Below the pieces are notes generated by a model. That model was not told the origin of the DNA and did no database searches. It saw only the letters and a list, made by a program, of their open reading frames with translations. A stretch of 63,541 bases of DNA, filler included, from Lenisia limosa (taxonomy: Eukaryota > Protista > Breviatea), in NCBI GenBank assembly GCA_001655205.1. It is 9 parts of 9 records of this genome, joined end to end, with 100 filler letters (N's around TTAATTAATTAA, not from the genome) between each part and the next. Parts side by side here need not be neighbours in the genome. Positions count along the whole stretch, not along the records: positions 21,856 to 27,112 come from LPNZ01005845.1; positions 27,213 to 54,067 come from LPNZ01008864.1; 7 more parts are not named here. One strand, given 5' to 3'. Within the stretch, counting starts at the first letter, position 1. Each line of letters opens with the position of its first letter. The translations under genes and the position numbers were made by a program. Positions 23,901 through 37,100 of the stretch are shown here, one piece after another.

Positions 23901-25689
23901 ACCTTCCAACTTTGATATTAGAACCATTTTGGCTATGAAAAGGAGTGGTCATACCTCCCACAGAACTGATCAAGGTTGACAACCATTTAATGCAATATTA
24001 ATCCACAAACACCTAAAAGTATTTGTTAAATCATCAATACAAACGAAATAAAAAGTAAATAGAATAATCAAAGAACCAAACAGCAGGCTCACATCTTAAA
24101 TTGGGGTCTTTTTGGACTAATTTTTCCTCGTTGTAACCTAAAATTAGTCATATAATGCATTTGAGAGCACGGTGAGTAGAAATAGTAAAATACTATTATA
24201 AACTGGGATATAAAACTCGAATTTTTCATAGTATATTTTCAACGAGATATGGCTCTGGTCCGGTAAATAACACCAACATCCGAGAAANNNNNNNNNNNNN
24301 NNNNNNNNNNNNNNNNNNNNNNNNNNNNNNNNNNNNNNNNNNNNNNNNNNNNNNNNNNNNNNNNNNNNNNNNNNNNNNNNNNNNNNNNNNNNNNNNNNNN
24401 NNNNNNNNNNNNNNNNNNNNNNNNNNNNNNNNNNNNNNNNNNNNNNNNNNNNNNNNNNNNNNNNNNNNNNNNNNNNNNNNNNNNNNNNNNNNNNNNNNNT
24501 ACATTTTGAAAGATCACTTTGTGTTTGCATTGCTCAAGGTCCATATTTCCTTGGTGTCTAACAATAGTTGCTGAGTCACAATATGATTTCACAAAACTTC
24601 TTACCAGGAACAATTCTTTGCTGCAGCCAGTGTAGAACCAGAGTGATTGATTCAGCATGGCAAACAAACAGTGCACCGATCAACTGCCCTCGCTTGGACA
24701 GAATGGTCAGCAACATATCCCTGGCCTTCCCTTCATTGGGAGGGTAGCACTTATGAATGCATGATTGATTCTGAATACCATTAATACACACACACACGCA
24801 CATAGTTAAAACCGCGAACATGATTAAAACCGCGAATAAAAAGGAGGCTTTTCTTTAAAATTTTGAGCCAATACGCTCCTTATTTACGCCTCTTTCACAT
24901 TTTTTGCCAATTATCGCCCGAAACACTACTTTATACAGGGTTTTATTCATAAGAATAGGCAGGGGTATCAACATACATGCAAAATACCACCTTCATGGTA
25001 CTTCAATTTTTCATGCGAAATACATTAAAAACACTGATTATGGGCCTAGAATGTCTCCTGCGATAAAGTGAAAACGTTCTTGCACCATCAGATTTGATTT
25101 TTTCCACTCTTGAGTAACCTAGAGGCATTTAAGTAGAGAATACGAGACAAATTGGGCAAAAAATGAGCGTAAATTACCGATAAATGGGCGAAAATATGAT
25201 AGAAGATGTTAATAAATCAAGCGAATTTGACTCTTACCTTGTGTGCCGTTCCAAACGGTAAATGGGTTATTGACGCAGTATATACCTTAATCAGACGTCT
25301 ATTTTGTCCATTGGCTCCATTAGAGAGACTGAACAAGAAAAATTCTTGAAAATACCGTGGGAAGAGCGGTCACCAGAGGAAGGATTGCCCTGAGGTGCTG
25401 GTGTTGAAGAAGCCTGATGGACAAGTTGTATAGAAGAGCGACCAAGACCTTCAAGACAGAGGATGATGAGTACGCCTTTGAAGGATCGGTGGTTGCTCAT
25501 AACCCAACGACAGCGACCAGAAGGGTTACGAGAGGATTAAGTCGTCCTGGGGGAGCCCAAAGGAACTTAGTGGGATCAAATCACCCTATGAGTGCCAAAT
25601 GGATTGGAATAACAATAAAGAGAGAAAAATGATATTTCAATGCACAATATCTCTCCCCTGTCTCTCGGCGATCATTTTAATTTTGTAGG

Positions 25690-26100
25690 TCTCCCATCGC
25701 CTCCTCCAGCATAACAATCAAGGAATGACATCTGTGACCGGAACCACTTCATCACTACATCAAAGAACTCATTGTCTTTGTCGTTCTCCCTGATATCCAA
25801 CGCAGCCTTCATCACCGTTTTCTATACAGTCCTTGTGTCATGTTCCGCCAGATCGTTGTTTCTGACCTCCAGCGCGTCCAAGCATAGCAGCATTCCCACA
25901 ATCTCAAATATGAACATCACCGCAGCCTTCAACTTCTGCGCTACGACAAACAAATGTGCAGCAAGCCGAATTGGCTTAACTCCTGTGGCGTCCGAGCTGT
26001 CAGCGCACATTCTCCACTTGAACAATAACATCGTGACCAGTTCTCCAACTTCAGTCACATGTTCCAAGCCTGCACTGACATTCAAATGTGAATCTTTCAT
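25690..26100 (-). pseudogene. ORF of about 135 codons with one internal TAG
   Basis: MKDSHL...DTRTV*KTVMKAALDIREND.... Strand and identity uncertain. Confidence 0.25.
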
Positions 26101-26819
26101 GTTAGTTATAGTCCTGCGTTTACTACTTCGTTATTTTATTGATGAAAACGAGTGAGTAGTTAGCCAACATCTAGATGATTGGGGAAGCGTGTATGAGGAA
26201 TTCAAATCGTTTATATTTCTCAACTGATCGAATAGAAAATGTTACTCCCAAAAGTACCCCCCAGAGTGCAAAATTCAGAAAATCCGGTAAGAATTAGCAT
26301 AAAATACGAAATCCTTTTAACAAAAGCCAGACTCTCTATTGAGGAATATTTTTAGAACTCAATTAATTCATCAAAGAAAATATGTTTTTCCTATTTTGAA
26401 AAGAGAAGTTACTGGAAATGCAAATAGAAATGGAGGTAACACATTATTGAAGAAGGGAACATTTCCAACCCGTGGAATGAGAGCTGCCCGGGATCCCACT
26501 AGAATTACGAGGTGACATTACCGGATGGAGGGGCGAAAAATTTTCTCCCGTCTGGTTTAGGCCTAACTTTACCTTAGCAACGCGAAGGAAGGAGAATCGC
26601 CCGAAAAGGCAGGTTGTGACAAGGTGAAACCCCCATTACCTACCCGTGAAATGAGACCCGTCTCCCAGCCCCCCCCCCAGAGTGAAATGCAGGCAAAACC
26701 AAAAGTGGCATTACCCATGTTTCTCAAATACATTTCTTTTATTGGATATGTTAGTTACTTGTGTGTCGTTTGTGAATGATTATAATTCAACTGTGTTTTT
26801 ACAATTTTTTTTATAACAG

Positions 26820-27330
26820 CAGATCAATTAACTTACGTCAGTTGACCTCAAGTGAAAGTGTTGAAGAACTCAGTTCCTTATTTAACAAGGAAAATCCAAA
26901 AAGGGTGAGCTTCAATGCACTGCTTTCTTGTACTCTGACTTTCCAGAAGAAGAAACTATTTAGAGAAAAACCAGGGCCCCGGTTTATGGACATCATGGAA
27001 CAGGCTAAAGCTCAAGGTATGCAATTCGCTGGTCGCTTTCTATCACTTTAATATATACACTGACAATTATAGCTGTCCGTCAAGCTTCACCAAAGAAGAA
27101 AGGAACTTCTCCNNNNNNNNNNNNNNNNNNNNNNNNNNNNNNNNNNNNNNNNNNNNTTAATTAATTAANNNNNNNNNNNNNNNNNNNNNNNNNNNNNNNN
27201 NNNNNNNNNNNNAAAAAAAAAAAAAAAAAAAAACTTAGAAAAAGGCCCATTCCGACTTCATTGGGGTATGACAACTGATCAGGATCTATCAGGAGGTCCT
27301 TTATTAAAGCCAAGTATCAAAAAGAAAGAA
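26820..27330 (+). CDS. Hypothetical gene fragment
   Basis: Three GT-AG bounded exons (..ELSSLFNKENPKR|, KKKLFREKPGPRFMDIMEQAKAQ|) running into a spacer. Confidence 0.35.
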
Positions 27331-29635
27331 CTCAACCACCCACATCCATTTCAACTTCGTATTGCTTTGTAATTTTCGAGGGTTTTGTTGATGCAGCCGT
27401 AACGTAGGGCAGAACAGACTTGAGGGGAACTGTCTCATCATAGAGCGCCTGGGGGGGGGGGGNNNNNNNNNNNNNNNNNNNNNNNNNNNNNNNNNNNNNN
27501 NNNNNNNNNNNNNNNNNNNNNNNNNNNNNNNNNNNNNNNNNNNNNNNNNNNNNNNNNNNNNNNNNNNNNNNNNNNNNNNNNNNNNNNNNNNNNNNNNNNN
27601 NNNNNNNNNNNNNNNNNNNNNNNNNNNNNNNNNNNNTCTTTCCTACAAAATACACTTTCAGATTGACAAACCTTAACCGCCAGAGCAGCAACGTAAGGTG
27701 CTTCTTCTTTGGGAACATTTAACTCACCTCTACAATATATTATTTTTAAAAAGTAATGAGAGCATCATCATTTGACTAACTATCTGCAAATACTACCATC
27801 ATAAAGACTCTGTATAATATACTCCAATCATACATCACCCCCCCCCCACGATACGACACGATGCATGGCTTCATGGGCAAGTAAGGCCAGGGTCTTGGGT
27901 GCCTTCACTTTTCGCTCAGCCTATAGAATATTATCTTGGCCTTCACGCTGATTCAAGGGGGAAAAAAAGCCAGTAGCTATCGAAATATAATATGTACAAG
28001 TATACTACATGTAATATAATTGTAACATTTGTATTTCTTCTGTTTAAAAAACCTGGTCTTTTTGGCTGAAGTTTCCATTAATATACAGTGACCAGGATAA
28101 GTCATTAATATACAGTGACCAGGAAAAGACCTATTTTCCTTGGGAAATCATTGAGCAAATCGGTCAAGACTTATCCCAAATGAAAACATTTATTTTGAAC
28201 AGAAGAGATTCCAAAAAATGGCACCACCCCTTACTTTGTAGCTAAAAACGGCAGCAAGACGGAATTGAAGCACTCCATCCTTTTAAAGTAAGCCAAATCA
28301 GTTATTCATTCACACGATTCGAAATAGTTGTGGAAGCACCCCTTTCCCCCTCTGACCTTTGCCTTGCCTCCCATTGTGGTGGCAATTTCTTTGACATTGT
28401 CTAGAACGGGTTTGACCTCTTGCTGGTTCTGCAGGGGATACCCTGGGGCGGGGGGTAAATAGGAATTCTGAAAGAATGAAACACCTATTGTCTAGATACT
28501 AAAAAAAACAGGTTGCTCTTCTCAAATATCTCTTCGCAAAATATCCCATAATTGCCTACCATAAACACCAGGAATGTTCAGCCATATCTGGAAGAGCTCT
28601 CGGTCAAGACTCACACCAAGGGCAGCTGCGACATAGTCCCTACATCGTCAGTTTCCGGGCAATCCAGGCCTCAGGTGGATGCAGGTTGTAGCTTCATAAG
28701 AGCAATTCGAATAATGGCGTATGGGTGTTGGGAGGTTGAAGGAAGAAATAATGGCGTATGGGCGTTGGGAGTTTTAACCATTGAATTGCTTGATCATGGA
28801 ATCGCCCAAAGTAGAGTGCGGATGGGTGAAAGCAAAACAAAACAACCATCTACTCACTCCCAAAACAGCATCATACACAAAATTTGTACCCAACTAAGTA
28901 TACACACGGGCTCAGATTGTTTGGTTTGCTAATTCACCACGATAAGCCCTCCTTTCAAGATCCAGTTGTTGATCCAGTTCCATCCCAGCCAACCAGCCCA
29001 GTGTTTATTATCCGTTTCAAGATGTGAAGGTGTGATGAGAAGCCCCGAGAGGGAACCAGCAAAGGCAATACCCAAATACCTCAGTTGGATTGCATCATAG
29101 TTGCGAGTTGGTGTACAAAGTGAAGATCCGTCTGACAGATAGACCACAAATCCACTTTTTGATTCAGTAGCTTGCTGAAAGGCCAGTTAGAGTGACGATG
29201 AGTATCATAACGTTGGGAATGTCTCATTAAGATGAGTTTATCCGTCCATATATCCTTCTTAAGAACACTTCAGGCACATTTGAAGAATAAAGAAACCCAC
29301 TCTAGGTCCCGAAAGCGGTCCATTGATTTGCGAGTTGAACAGCATTGTTTCCAAATTCAAAAGACGTCCTTCATTGCGTTCCTTAGCTGCTCAGTAATAT
29401 ATATATAGATATATAATTATTTATAATAAATAGACTGTTATCTGGACTGTTAAAATTAGAAATCATGGGGGTACCGTACTGCGTACCAATTTAAAGCTCC
29501 AGAAAACAAACTTTTTCACCCCATGTAGTTTTACTTAATTACAATTGACTAGACAAATCGATCAATCGATCACGTCAGAGGAGGTGGTGAAGCTTCACTT
29601 TCCCTGTTCGCCGGCGAGTCTAACTCCGATTTCAT
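27235..29635 (-). CDS. Hypothetical multi-exon gene (contains LAHEAMH)
   Basis: Exons GYPLQNQQEVKPVLDNVKEIATTMGGKAK, AERKVKAPKTLALLAHEAMHRV and ALYDETVPLKSVLPY... Exon phases not fully resolved. Confidence 0.45.
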
Positions 29636-29775
29636 CTTCTTTTATAAAGAGGGCCCGGCGGCGTATCGTGAACTTTTCAAAATAATAATAATCATGTGGA
29701 TAATACCTGGGGTGAGAGAGATGCCGACACATGCATAGTGGGCCAACTAACTCAAAGTTTCTAAAAGGTGTCAAA

Positions 29776-32616
29776 ATGCCTTGGCTTTGGCTGTTTACCC
29801 TTCTCCTTGTGTCCTCAGCGTTCGCTTCCATTGTTCTTGACAATAATGGCAAGAATATACTGTCAGTTACCGAGTAAGCTCTCCATTGATTGTGTTCACC
29901 AACACTAAAAACTCTCCTTGCCAATCAAGTGTTGATTAACTTCAAGGGTTACTCTCCCGTCATCACCCCTCGAAGTTGCCAATAAGGTAGGGGTTTCTTG
30001 ATACGTAGAAATGAGAGGTTTTGTTACACACGTGTTTTTTCCTTGTTTTTTTTTTTTTCAATTTAACACCCACCANNNNNNNNNNNNNNNNNNNNNNNNN
30101 NNNNNNNNNNNNNNNNNNNNNNNNNNNNNNNNNNNNNNNNNNNNNNNNNNNNNGAGAGGTCTTCAGACTTTCTTGATTATCTTCCATTAGTTGGCAAATA
30201 ACTCATTATGAATTTCTTTCTGGAGTTTATAACTATTCTTAACTTTCATATAGTAACATCACATCATAATACATATGATATCATAATATCATACTTTATT
30301 ATACATTGTTTTTTGTCAGACTATTTTCAGCACCCTATCACCATCCCATCCTACACTTTAAATGACAGTTGTTCCTTTTTTTGTTTCCTTATTTATCTTA
30401 TTTTTTTTTGTGGACTCACCCCACCCATTTCACCTCACCCATTATTTAGATTGTCACAATGCCCTTCCCCTCCCTTCCGTTCACTGTTCACGCCACCAAC
30501 ATAGTAAGTCACCCTCTGCTTGGCTTCTGCATACACCTTCGGTTCTTCAATTATATTCGTACAACCAAATCCGTAGCTCACCTTTGGCAGACTAACCCGA
30601 CGTCACGCCAAGAAATCACGTCATTCCCCCCAGTTGCCGCCGGCTTCACCCGCCGCATCTATCTGGGCAATCTTGACAGTTCTGCCGGCTCAAGGTGCGT
30701 ATGGNNNNNNNNNNNNNNNNNNNNNNNNNNNNNNNNNNNNNNNNNNNNNNNNNNNNNNNNNNNNNNNNNNNNCTGTTATTTACACCATTCGGTGAGATAT
30801 AGTAGCTTCTCTTTTTAATAGTAGTCTGTAATAGCCATGGGAGCGATGGGAGTTTATGATTTTATTGTGCAGTCATATGGTGGCGCTCTACCTTGGTGGC
30901 TCAAATCCCGTCATCTTCTCCCGCCACCATGATGCTGTATGTCCGCCTGGTTATCTCTTTCTTTATTGATATGCTGGTCAAATATTAGAAAACCTGATAG
31001 TAATGACCATCAGAATTGTTGTCCAGAAGTAACTCCTCAATAATATATGTACAAAGTAACGAAATGAATACTTCTCTACCATTATATAGTACATGTAATA
31101 TATCATATTATACCTTCAGTAAAACTCATTTAATACAGGGTGTGGGGGTAGAGTCAACCCCTAAAGAGGTTTATGCAATTGCTATTGACACTAAGAGTTC
31201 CTTGAACAGAGACTTTGAGGTTGGGGGGGGGGGTCGCATTTATGTTGGGGTATTTCCTGATGTACACGTCTTTTGGAATTTCACAAATCGAACACCTTGT
31301 ATTTGTTGATTTGTGACATCTTAATACCTAGACCGGCACACAAGCTGTGACCACTTCAAACGTTGAAATGACGTACGCCGACTCCCCGCTTCCATTTCTG
31401 CCCTATACCATGCTCCAAGCTATTGTAAGTGTTAACACCTTTATTTTTTGGATATCTTCATTCTTTTTTTCTGATTTTTTTAGTGTTCCTCGTACTTAGA
31501 TCCCTACACTTCCGTTTGAGGGCGTGAACTTCCTCTCCCCTCATTTCTATTAATTGTCCTTATCCTTTTTAGACACGTGCGTACACTTTAACAACAAGGC
31601 GATCCGTTGTTCTGCAAAGCTATGGAGAATCGGGTTCAAGGGCAAGGTATGCATGGGGCAGCATCTACATATTACATGTGTATGGTGTGATTAATTTAGT
31701 ATAAATATGCATCAAATGATAGATATGATCACATACAAACCTTTATTGTAACTGTTGGCTCATAGAGAAATATATTTGACTTTGTAGTGGAGACTGCAAC
31801 TACCTTGCCCTCTTTCCTGTCACTCCTTACCACCCCAAGGTGTTTCAATATGGGGAAGCTGTTCTGGTATGTTGGAAGTGACAAAACAGAGGAACATTTT
31901 CTTACTGGTCTATGTGCANNNNNNNNNNNNNNNNNNNNNNNNNNNNNNNNNNNNNNNNNNNNNNNNNNNNNNNNNNNNNNNNNNNNNNNNNNNNNNNNNN
32001 NNNNNNNNNNNNNNNNNNNNNNNNNNNNNNNNNNNNNNNNNNNNNNNNNNNNNNNNNNNNNNNNNNNNNNTGTTTTGAGACAATATTCGAAATGTAATTA
32101 CATAGCTTCTTTTTCATAATGTCACATGATGTAGAACACTGTGACGTTCCCGGTTCCTTTCGACAGCATCCCAGCCGTCCACTGCACTTTAGCGCATGGG
32201 TCTGGTACTTCAAGTACCGATGTTAGTATGTTGGGATATACTGGACTTCTGACTGTTGTGAAATATCTTGCTTTTACACTTCAGCACTTCGGAGTATTTC
32301 TGAAAATGGCTTCACGTTTATAATCCACCATCAAGGCCAAATCCGAGTTAACCAGGTGGGTTGGTTCTCCATCATACTTGTTTATTTTGTTGGTTTTTTA
32401 TCGTAGTGTGTTTCCCATTTCCAAATGCTTATCACAGAATTGATTCTGGGGGGGGGGGGGGTTNNNNNNNNNNNNNNNNNNNNNNNNNNNNNNNNNNNNN
32501 NNNNNNNNNNNNNNNNNNNNNNNNNNNNNNNNNNNNNNNNNNNNNNNNNNNNNNNNNNNTTTACCCATTAGGAAACTCAAGTAATTCACTGGATGGCAGT
32601 AGCTCCAACTGTCTAA
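29776..32616 (+). CDS. Secreted protein with C-terminal H-type-lectin-like domain
   Basis: Signal peptide MPWLWLFTLLLVSSAFA. C-terminus NTVTFPVPFDSIPAVHC..TLRSISENGFTFII..VIHWMAVAPTV* fits the F-F-P-V / s-GF / W-A pattern of H-type lectin and tail-fibre domains. Confidence 0.55.
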
Positions 32617-32939
32617 TAGAGGCTATGTTCAGTTTTGATTAACGTTTTTTTGTGATGAGACAAGGTCTTGGTGGAACAGTGTCAGATTCAATATTACGAT
32701 CACCACCCATATTGGATTAACTTGAAATTCACAGACAGATGGAAAAGAACAAATTACCTCCTACTTGCACCACCATTTCTCTCCATCAATACAACTAAAT
32801 TAAGGCAACAAAGAATCAACTATAGCTAAATTCATCATTGCAATCTTTACCTTCCATGCATCAAATGTAATGTACGAAAAACGTTTTTTTGGACTATTGT
32901 TCAAAATAGCAAAACTACTTCAAAACGACTTATAGAAAG

Positions 32940-33990
32940 AAATCTACAGCTCTTTTTGGTTCTCCAAGAGCCAACATTGCATTCGCTTCAGGTACACCAG
33001 AGACGGGAGAAGTGATCTCAAGTTGAAAAGTAGCCATGCCAATCGCTCCCATAGAATCACGAGCGATAACGAGTGACTGATGAACCAGAAGAAGGCTCTG
33101 GAACAGAAACTGTAACCTGACGTTTCAGGGAGACATTTGAACAGTCATTGGTAGGTAATAGCACCGCCCTCGCAATCTTCCCAGTTGAACGTAGTCAGAG
33201 TAATGTTGTCGTCCAGCATCATGTGACATTATGTAATCTCGACAGTTGACACTATGAGTGAAGGGAACAAGGTTTAATCCTGTCTCGAAATGCTCAGTCT
33301 ACAGAGATGAGATATTAAGATACAAAGAGAAATACTCAGGAGATCAGTTACGATGAGATGCTATGCAGACTTGCGCTATATGCCTTTGATAGTAGTTAGT
33401 CATTGATAGGAAACACACATGACAACGAAAAATTTGTTCTTTATTCCCCCTACATAGCAGTTAGGAAAAAATAGGTGTATTTGAGCTCTTGCAATTCCAG
33501 TGGAACCTCTCTGAGTTCTGCGAAGTTACTTGAATTGTGGACTGTGTATCCTCATGAGATTGATGCAAGACAACCAATGTTCTCGGAAGAAATTGATGAA
33601 CCTGACGCTCAAAAACCAGAATATTGATATAAATCTTATAAAACCCCGAAAATGAGTTTAGCTCAAATAGCAATAATATTAATTTTGAAGATGCTTGACC
33701 CAGCCCACATTCGCATTTTGAATTAAAGTGAATCGGTTTGTCAGTCTCCATTGCATATTAAGTCTAAATTAACAGTTCAATAGTGGGTTTGCAATTCGAG
33801 AGTTGTACGGTTAATTATGACCCCCCCCCCCCTATATCACCATTTTGAGCAGACCGAGCGAGAAGAATTCCCATGCTGTGGTGTTGGTGGTTGGACAACC
33901 CAGATAAGGAGAGGCTGGCATGCAAGGTGCAGGCAACTTAACGTATCTATCACATCTCATATGCTGTTTCCAGGCGGTTTTAAGGTATAC
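32940..33990 (-). pseudogene. REJ-domain-like fragments
   Basis: ITLTTFNWEDCEGGAITYQ and LVIARDSMGAIG resemble the REJ motifs W-D-Y and V-D-Ga. No clean gene model. Confidence 0.35.
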
Positions 33991-34171
33991 TCCAGTTTCA
34001 TTCTGTAAGATAATATTAAATATTCCTTTAATTGGTCTATCAAATACAAGGTGAAAAAGCAAGATAGATCACATGTGTTATTTGGTGACGAATGAAGTTT
34101 TTCACCTCCTCTCTGGATATTGGTTAGAACATAGAATTTCCATAATAAGAAACAGCGAAACATGCTAGGGG

Positions 34172-37100
34172 CTAGAGAGAGGCAGCGGTCGCACTCCAGG
34201 TCTCCACCCACTTGGGGATGTTGTCCTTGTCAGCCTTGCCCACTCGAACTACACCGTGAGCAATGCGGTCATTCTACACAAAACTGCCTCAAGTTCCCAT
34301 TTTTACTGAGCCACGTGCCAGGTTCAACTGCCCCACCTACCAAGACAGAAGCAGGGGTCCTTGCCAAGAAACAGCGTGGCAGTGAAAGCTGAAGGGTCAG
34401 TGGACCTGGAAGAGCCCCCCCAAAAAGATGCTTAGAATATAGTATTTTTATGAATCCAAAAAAAAAAAGTAAAATAAATTATTANNNNNNNNNNNNNNNN
34501 NNNNNNNNNNNNNNNNNNNNNNNNNNNNNNNNNNNNNNNNNNNNNNNNNNNNNNNNNNNNNNNNNNNNNNNNNNNNNNNNNNNNNNNNTGTTGATGACAA
34601 TCTGAAACAGTCAATTTAGATCAATTAATTCTCCACAATTCTCAAAAGAATAAATATGACAGTCCACATTCCTAAATATAAAATGTTTCACCAGATAAGT
34701 CCCCCACGAACAGCCTGGGTTTCGGTTCTGAGAAGCACACGGTATTTGCCGGTGGTGTTGTGCTTAAGAAGCTTGAGGGCACCAATACCGACTACATTGA
34801 AGGTTCCGCTCTCGTGCTTGAATACCTTCGCGCGGAACTGGGGGTGGAGGTGAATGCAAGAAACGGAGTTAACTAGATTAGAAACAGCGATTCGTTTTGT
34901 ACTATGAAATCAACTCGATGTGTATGGGATTGCGGATTTACAAACCTCAGTGATAGTGGACTCCTCTTCTTCACCCGCACCAGTTGCTTCTACCTTCTTC
35001 ATTTCCATCTCAGTGGACACGGGGGCGGCGGCTGCGGGGTCGCTTCCTCCAATAACGACTCGGGGTGCTGAGGTACCTAAAGGTTAGGGAGGCGATTTGA
35101 AGTATTTATTTGGGTCAAAAAAGGAGAGGTTGCTTTTGTGAATTGAGAAGGGCTATTGGAAGGTTCCAGCATGTTCATTGTCCCTTCCTACTGAAATCGA
35201 AGCTTCCAACAGTCGCAGCCTATTGACATTAGCATCATGAATTGGAGTGGGTTTGTGAAATAAGAAGAAGGACTGCACTTCGGTTCAAAAAGACTGAATT
35301 TCTCGAAAAATCCTCGAAAACTTTCGACATTTTACTGGTCTTTTTCGAACCTAAGTAAAGCCCTACTAAGAAGCAACAAGCGAATCTTGCATGATCCCCC
35401 AAGTTAAGATGGTCCAATCCCCCAACCTTAGTTGAGGATTTCTCGTGGTCCTTGGTCTCCTCCTCGGTCATCGAGTCAGCATACCCGCCGCTACGCAGCT
35501 GTGGGGGTGAGTGGGTANNNNNNNNNNNNNNNNNNNNNNNNNNNNNNNNNNNNNNNNNNNNNNNNNNNNNNNNNNNNNNNNNNNNNNNNAGACTTACACT
35601 AGTGTTTTTTGAAAGTTCTTCTCCCAATACCCACCTTCTCAACAAGAGCCTTTCTTTGTTTGACATAGTCTTCAATGGTGGTGTTAAGGGAGGCGAGGGG
35701 GCGTTTTTCGACATGTGCATCCACATATGAGGCAAATGCCTATTGAAATGAAATTGAAGAAACGGTGCCCTCTTGACCAACAAAAGGTTATTTGTACAAT
35801 TACACTGGTGGGGGACTCAACTCTAAGATATGCATTTGATACATATAATTATTATATCAAAAACAAATAATTCAGCACAACATAACTGGAAGAAAAGACG
35901 TCGATTAAGGTGGTTTCGTTGCTGTTTTTTTTTCAAAAATAATTCGAAGCCATGTGTGTGCAGTTTTGAAAAACACCCTTCGGGATAATTTCGTAATGTA
36001 GTTTTTCATATTAGCCTCGGATAGAAATTTTTTTAAATGACCATTTTCCCGACCCGAGGTTGTTCCAATTTTGGACCTCTTAAGGCTTCAACATTTTTTT
36101 ATTATTATTTTTTTGCGGTTTTAACATACTATTTGAGGAATTTACATTATTCCCGTCAAGTACGCACATCCAGTACTGCACCATTGTTAAGTTTTTCCAC
36201 TATTGTGCCGCCAGGCCTTTTTTACTCTTTTTGAAAATTTGCATGTTAGAGCTGGTTTATACGAAAAACTACCCCGCGGAATTATCCCGAAGGGTCATTT
36301 TGAAAACTGCACGTACAGTTCCACTTTATTTGCCAAAATAAAACAACGACTGAACCGCCTTAATAAGGTCATAGCAACACTACACCGACATATACCACAC
36401 ACCTTGTTCAATGCAGTGCAGTCACGACGGAACTCGGGCAGGCCCTTAGGGACTGCAGCGGAAGAGGCCTGAGAGGGGTGATTGGTGGACACAACACTGT
36501 AAAACAATACCATTAAGATGAATAAAGAGAGAACCAACATTACTAAGATGAATAAATATGAACCATCATTACTAAGATGAATAAATAGAGAAAAAACATT
36601 ACTAAGATGAATAAAGACATTACTAATACAAAGCCAAAGCCTCTTGAAGCCGTCATACCATGAAAGCAGGCATAACGTCAGAAGAAGTTTCGGTGGTCGC
36701 AGTCGCTCCAAAGCTACTTTTATTAATCCTCTTCTGGGGTAGAGAAGAACCATTTCAATGAACAAATAGCATATTTTCAGTGGTATTTTCGCAACCCACC
36801 TGAAAGCTGGTGCGGGTGAGATATCTTCCTTCTTCTCTTCAGTAGCATTGAAAGCGAATTTGGGGGCGGCGGCAGCCTTAATCTTAGTACGCGGCACTGA
36901 GAGTTCGACTGTTTCGGCGTCGCGTTTTCTGTCGTTGTTGGTCTCTCCGAATCTGGAATGGGTGAAATAAAACCGGCTGTATTGATAAAGAGTATGATTT
37001 AATATAGTCAAGATTCGTTCACTGGTTTCTATTTTGATGTTTTCTCAAGTTACCCCACCCCTCCCAACGAGAAAGCCGGGGCGGGGGCGTCGTCCTTGGC

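Noticed and set aside
22800-26100. TAA/TAG-to-Gln reassignment suggested by in-frame TAR codons in broken ORFs
   Set aside because: CCT8 ends in TAG, TMEM138 in TAA and NAA30 in TGA at expected C-termini, and their exons contain no internal TAR. The broken ORFs also contain TGA stops and frameshifts.
36295-37011. 238-aa ORF, the longest in the track, with hydrophobic FIHLSN repeats
   Set aside because: It is a read-through of two Nup exons plus the intervening intron and its 29-bp minisatellite.
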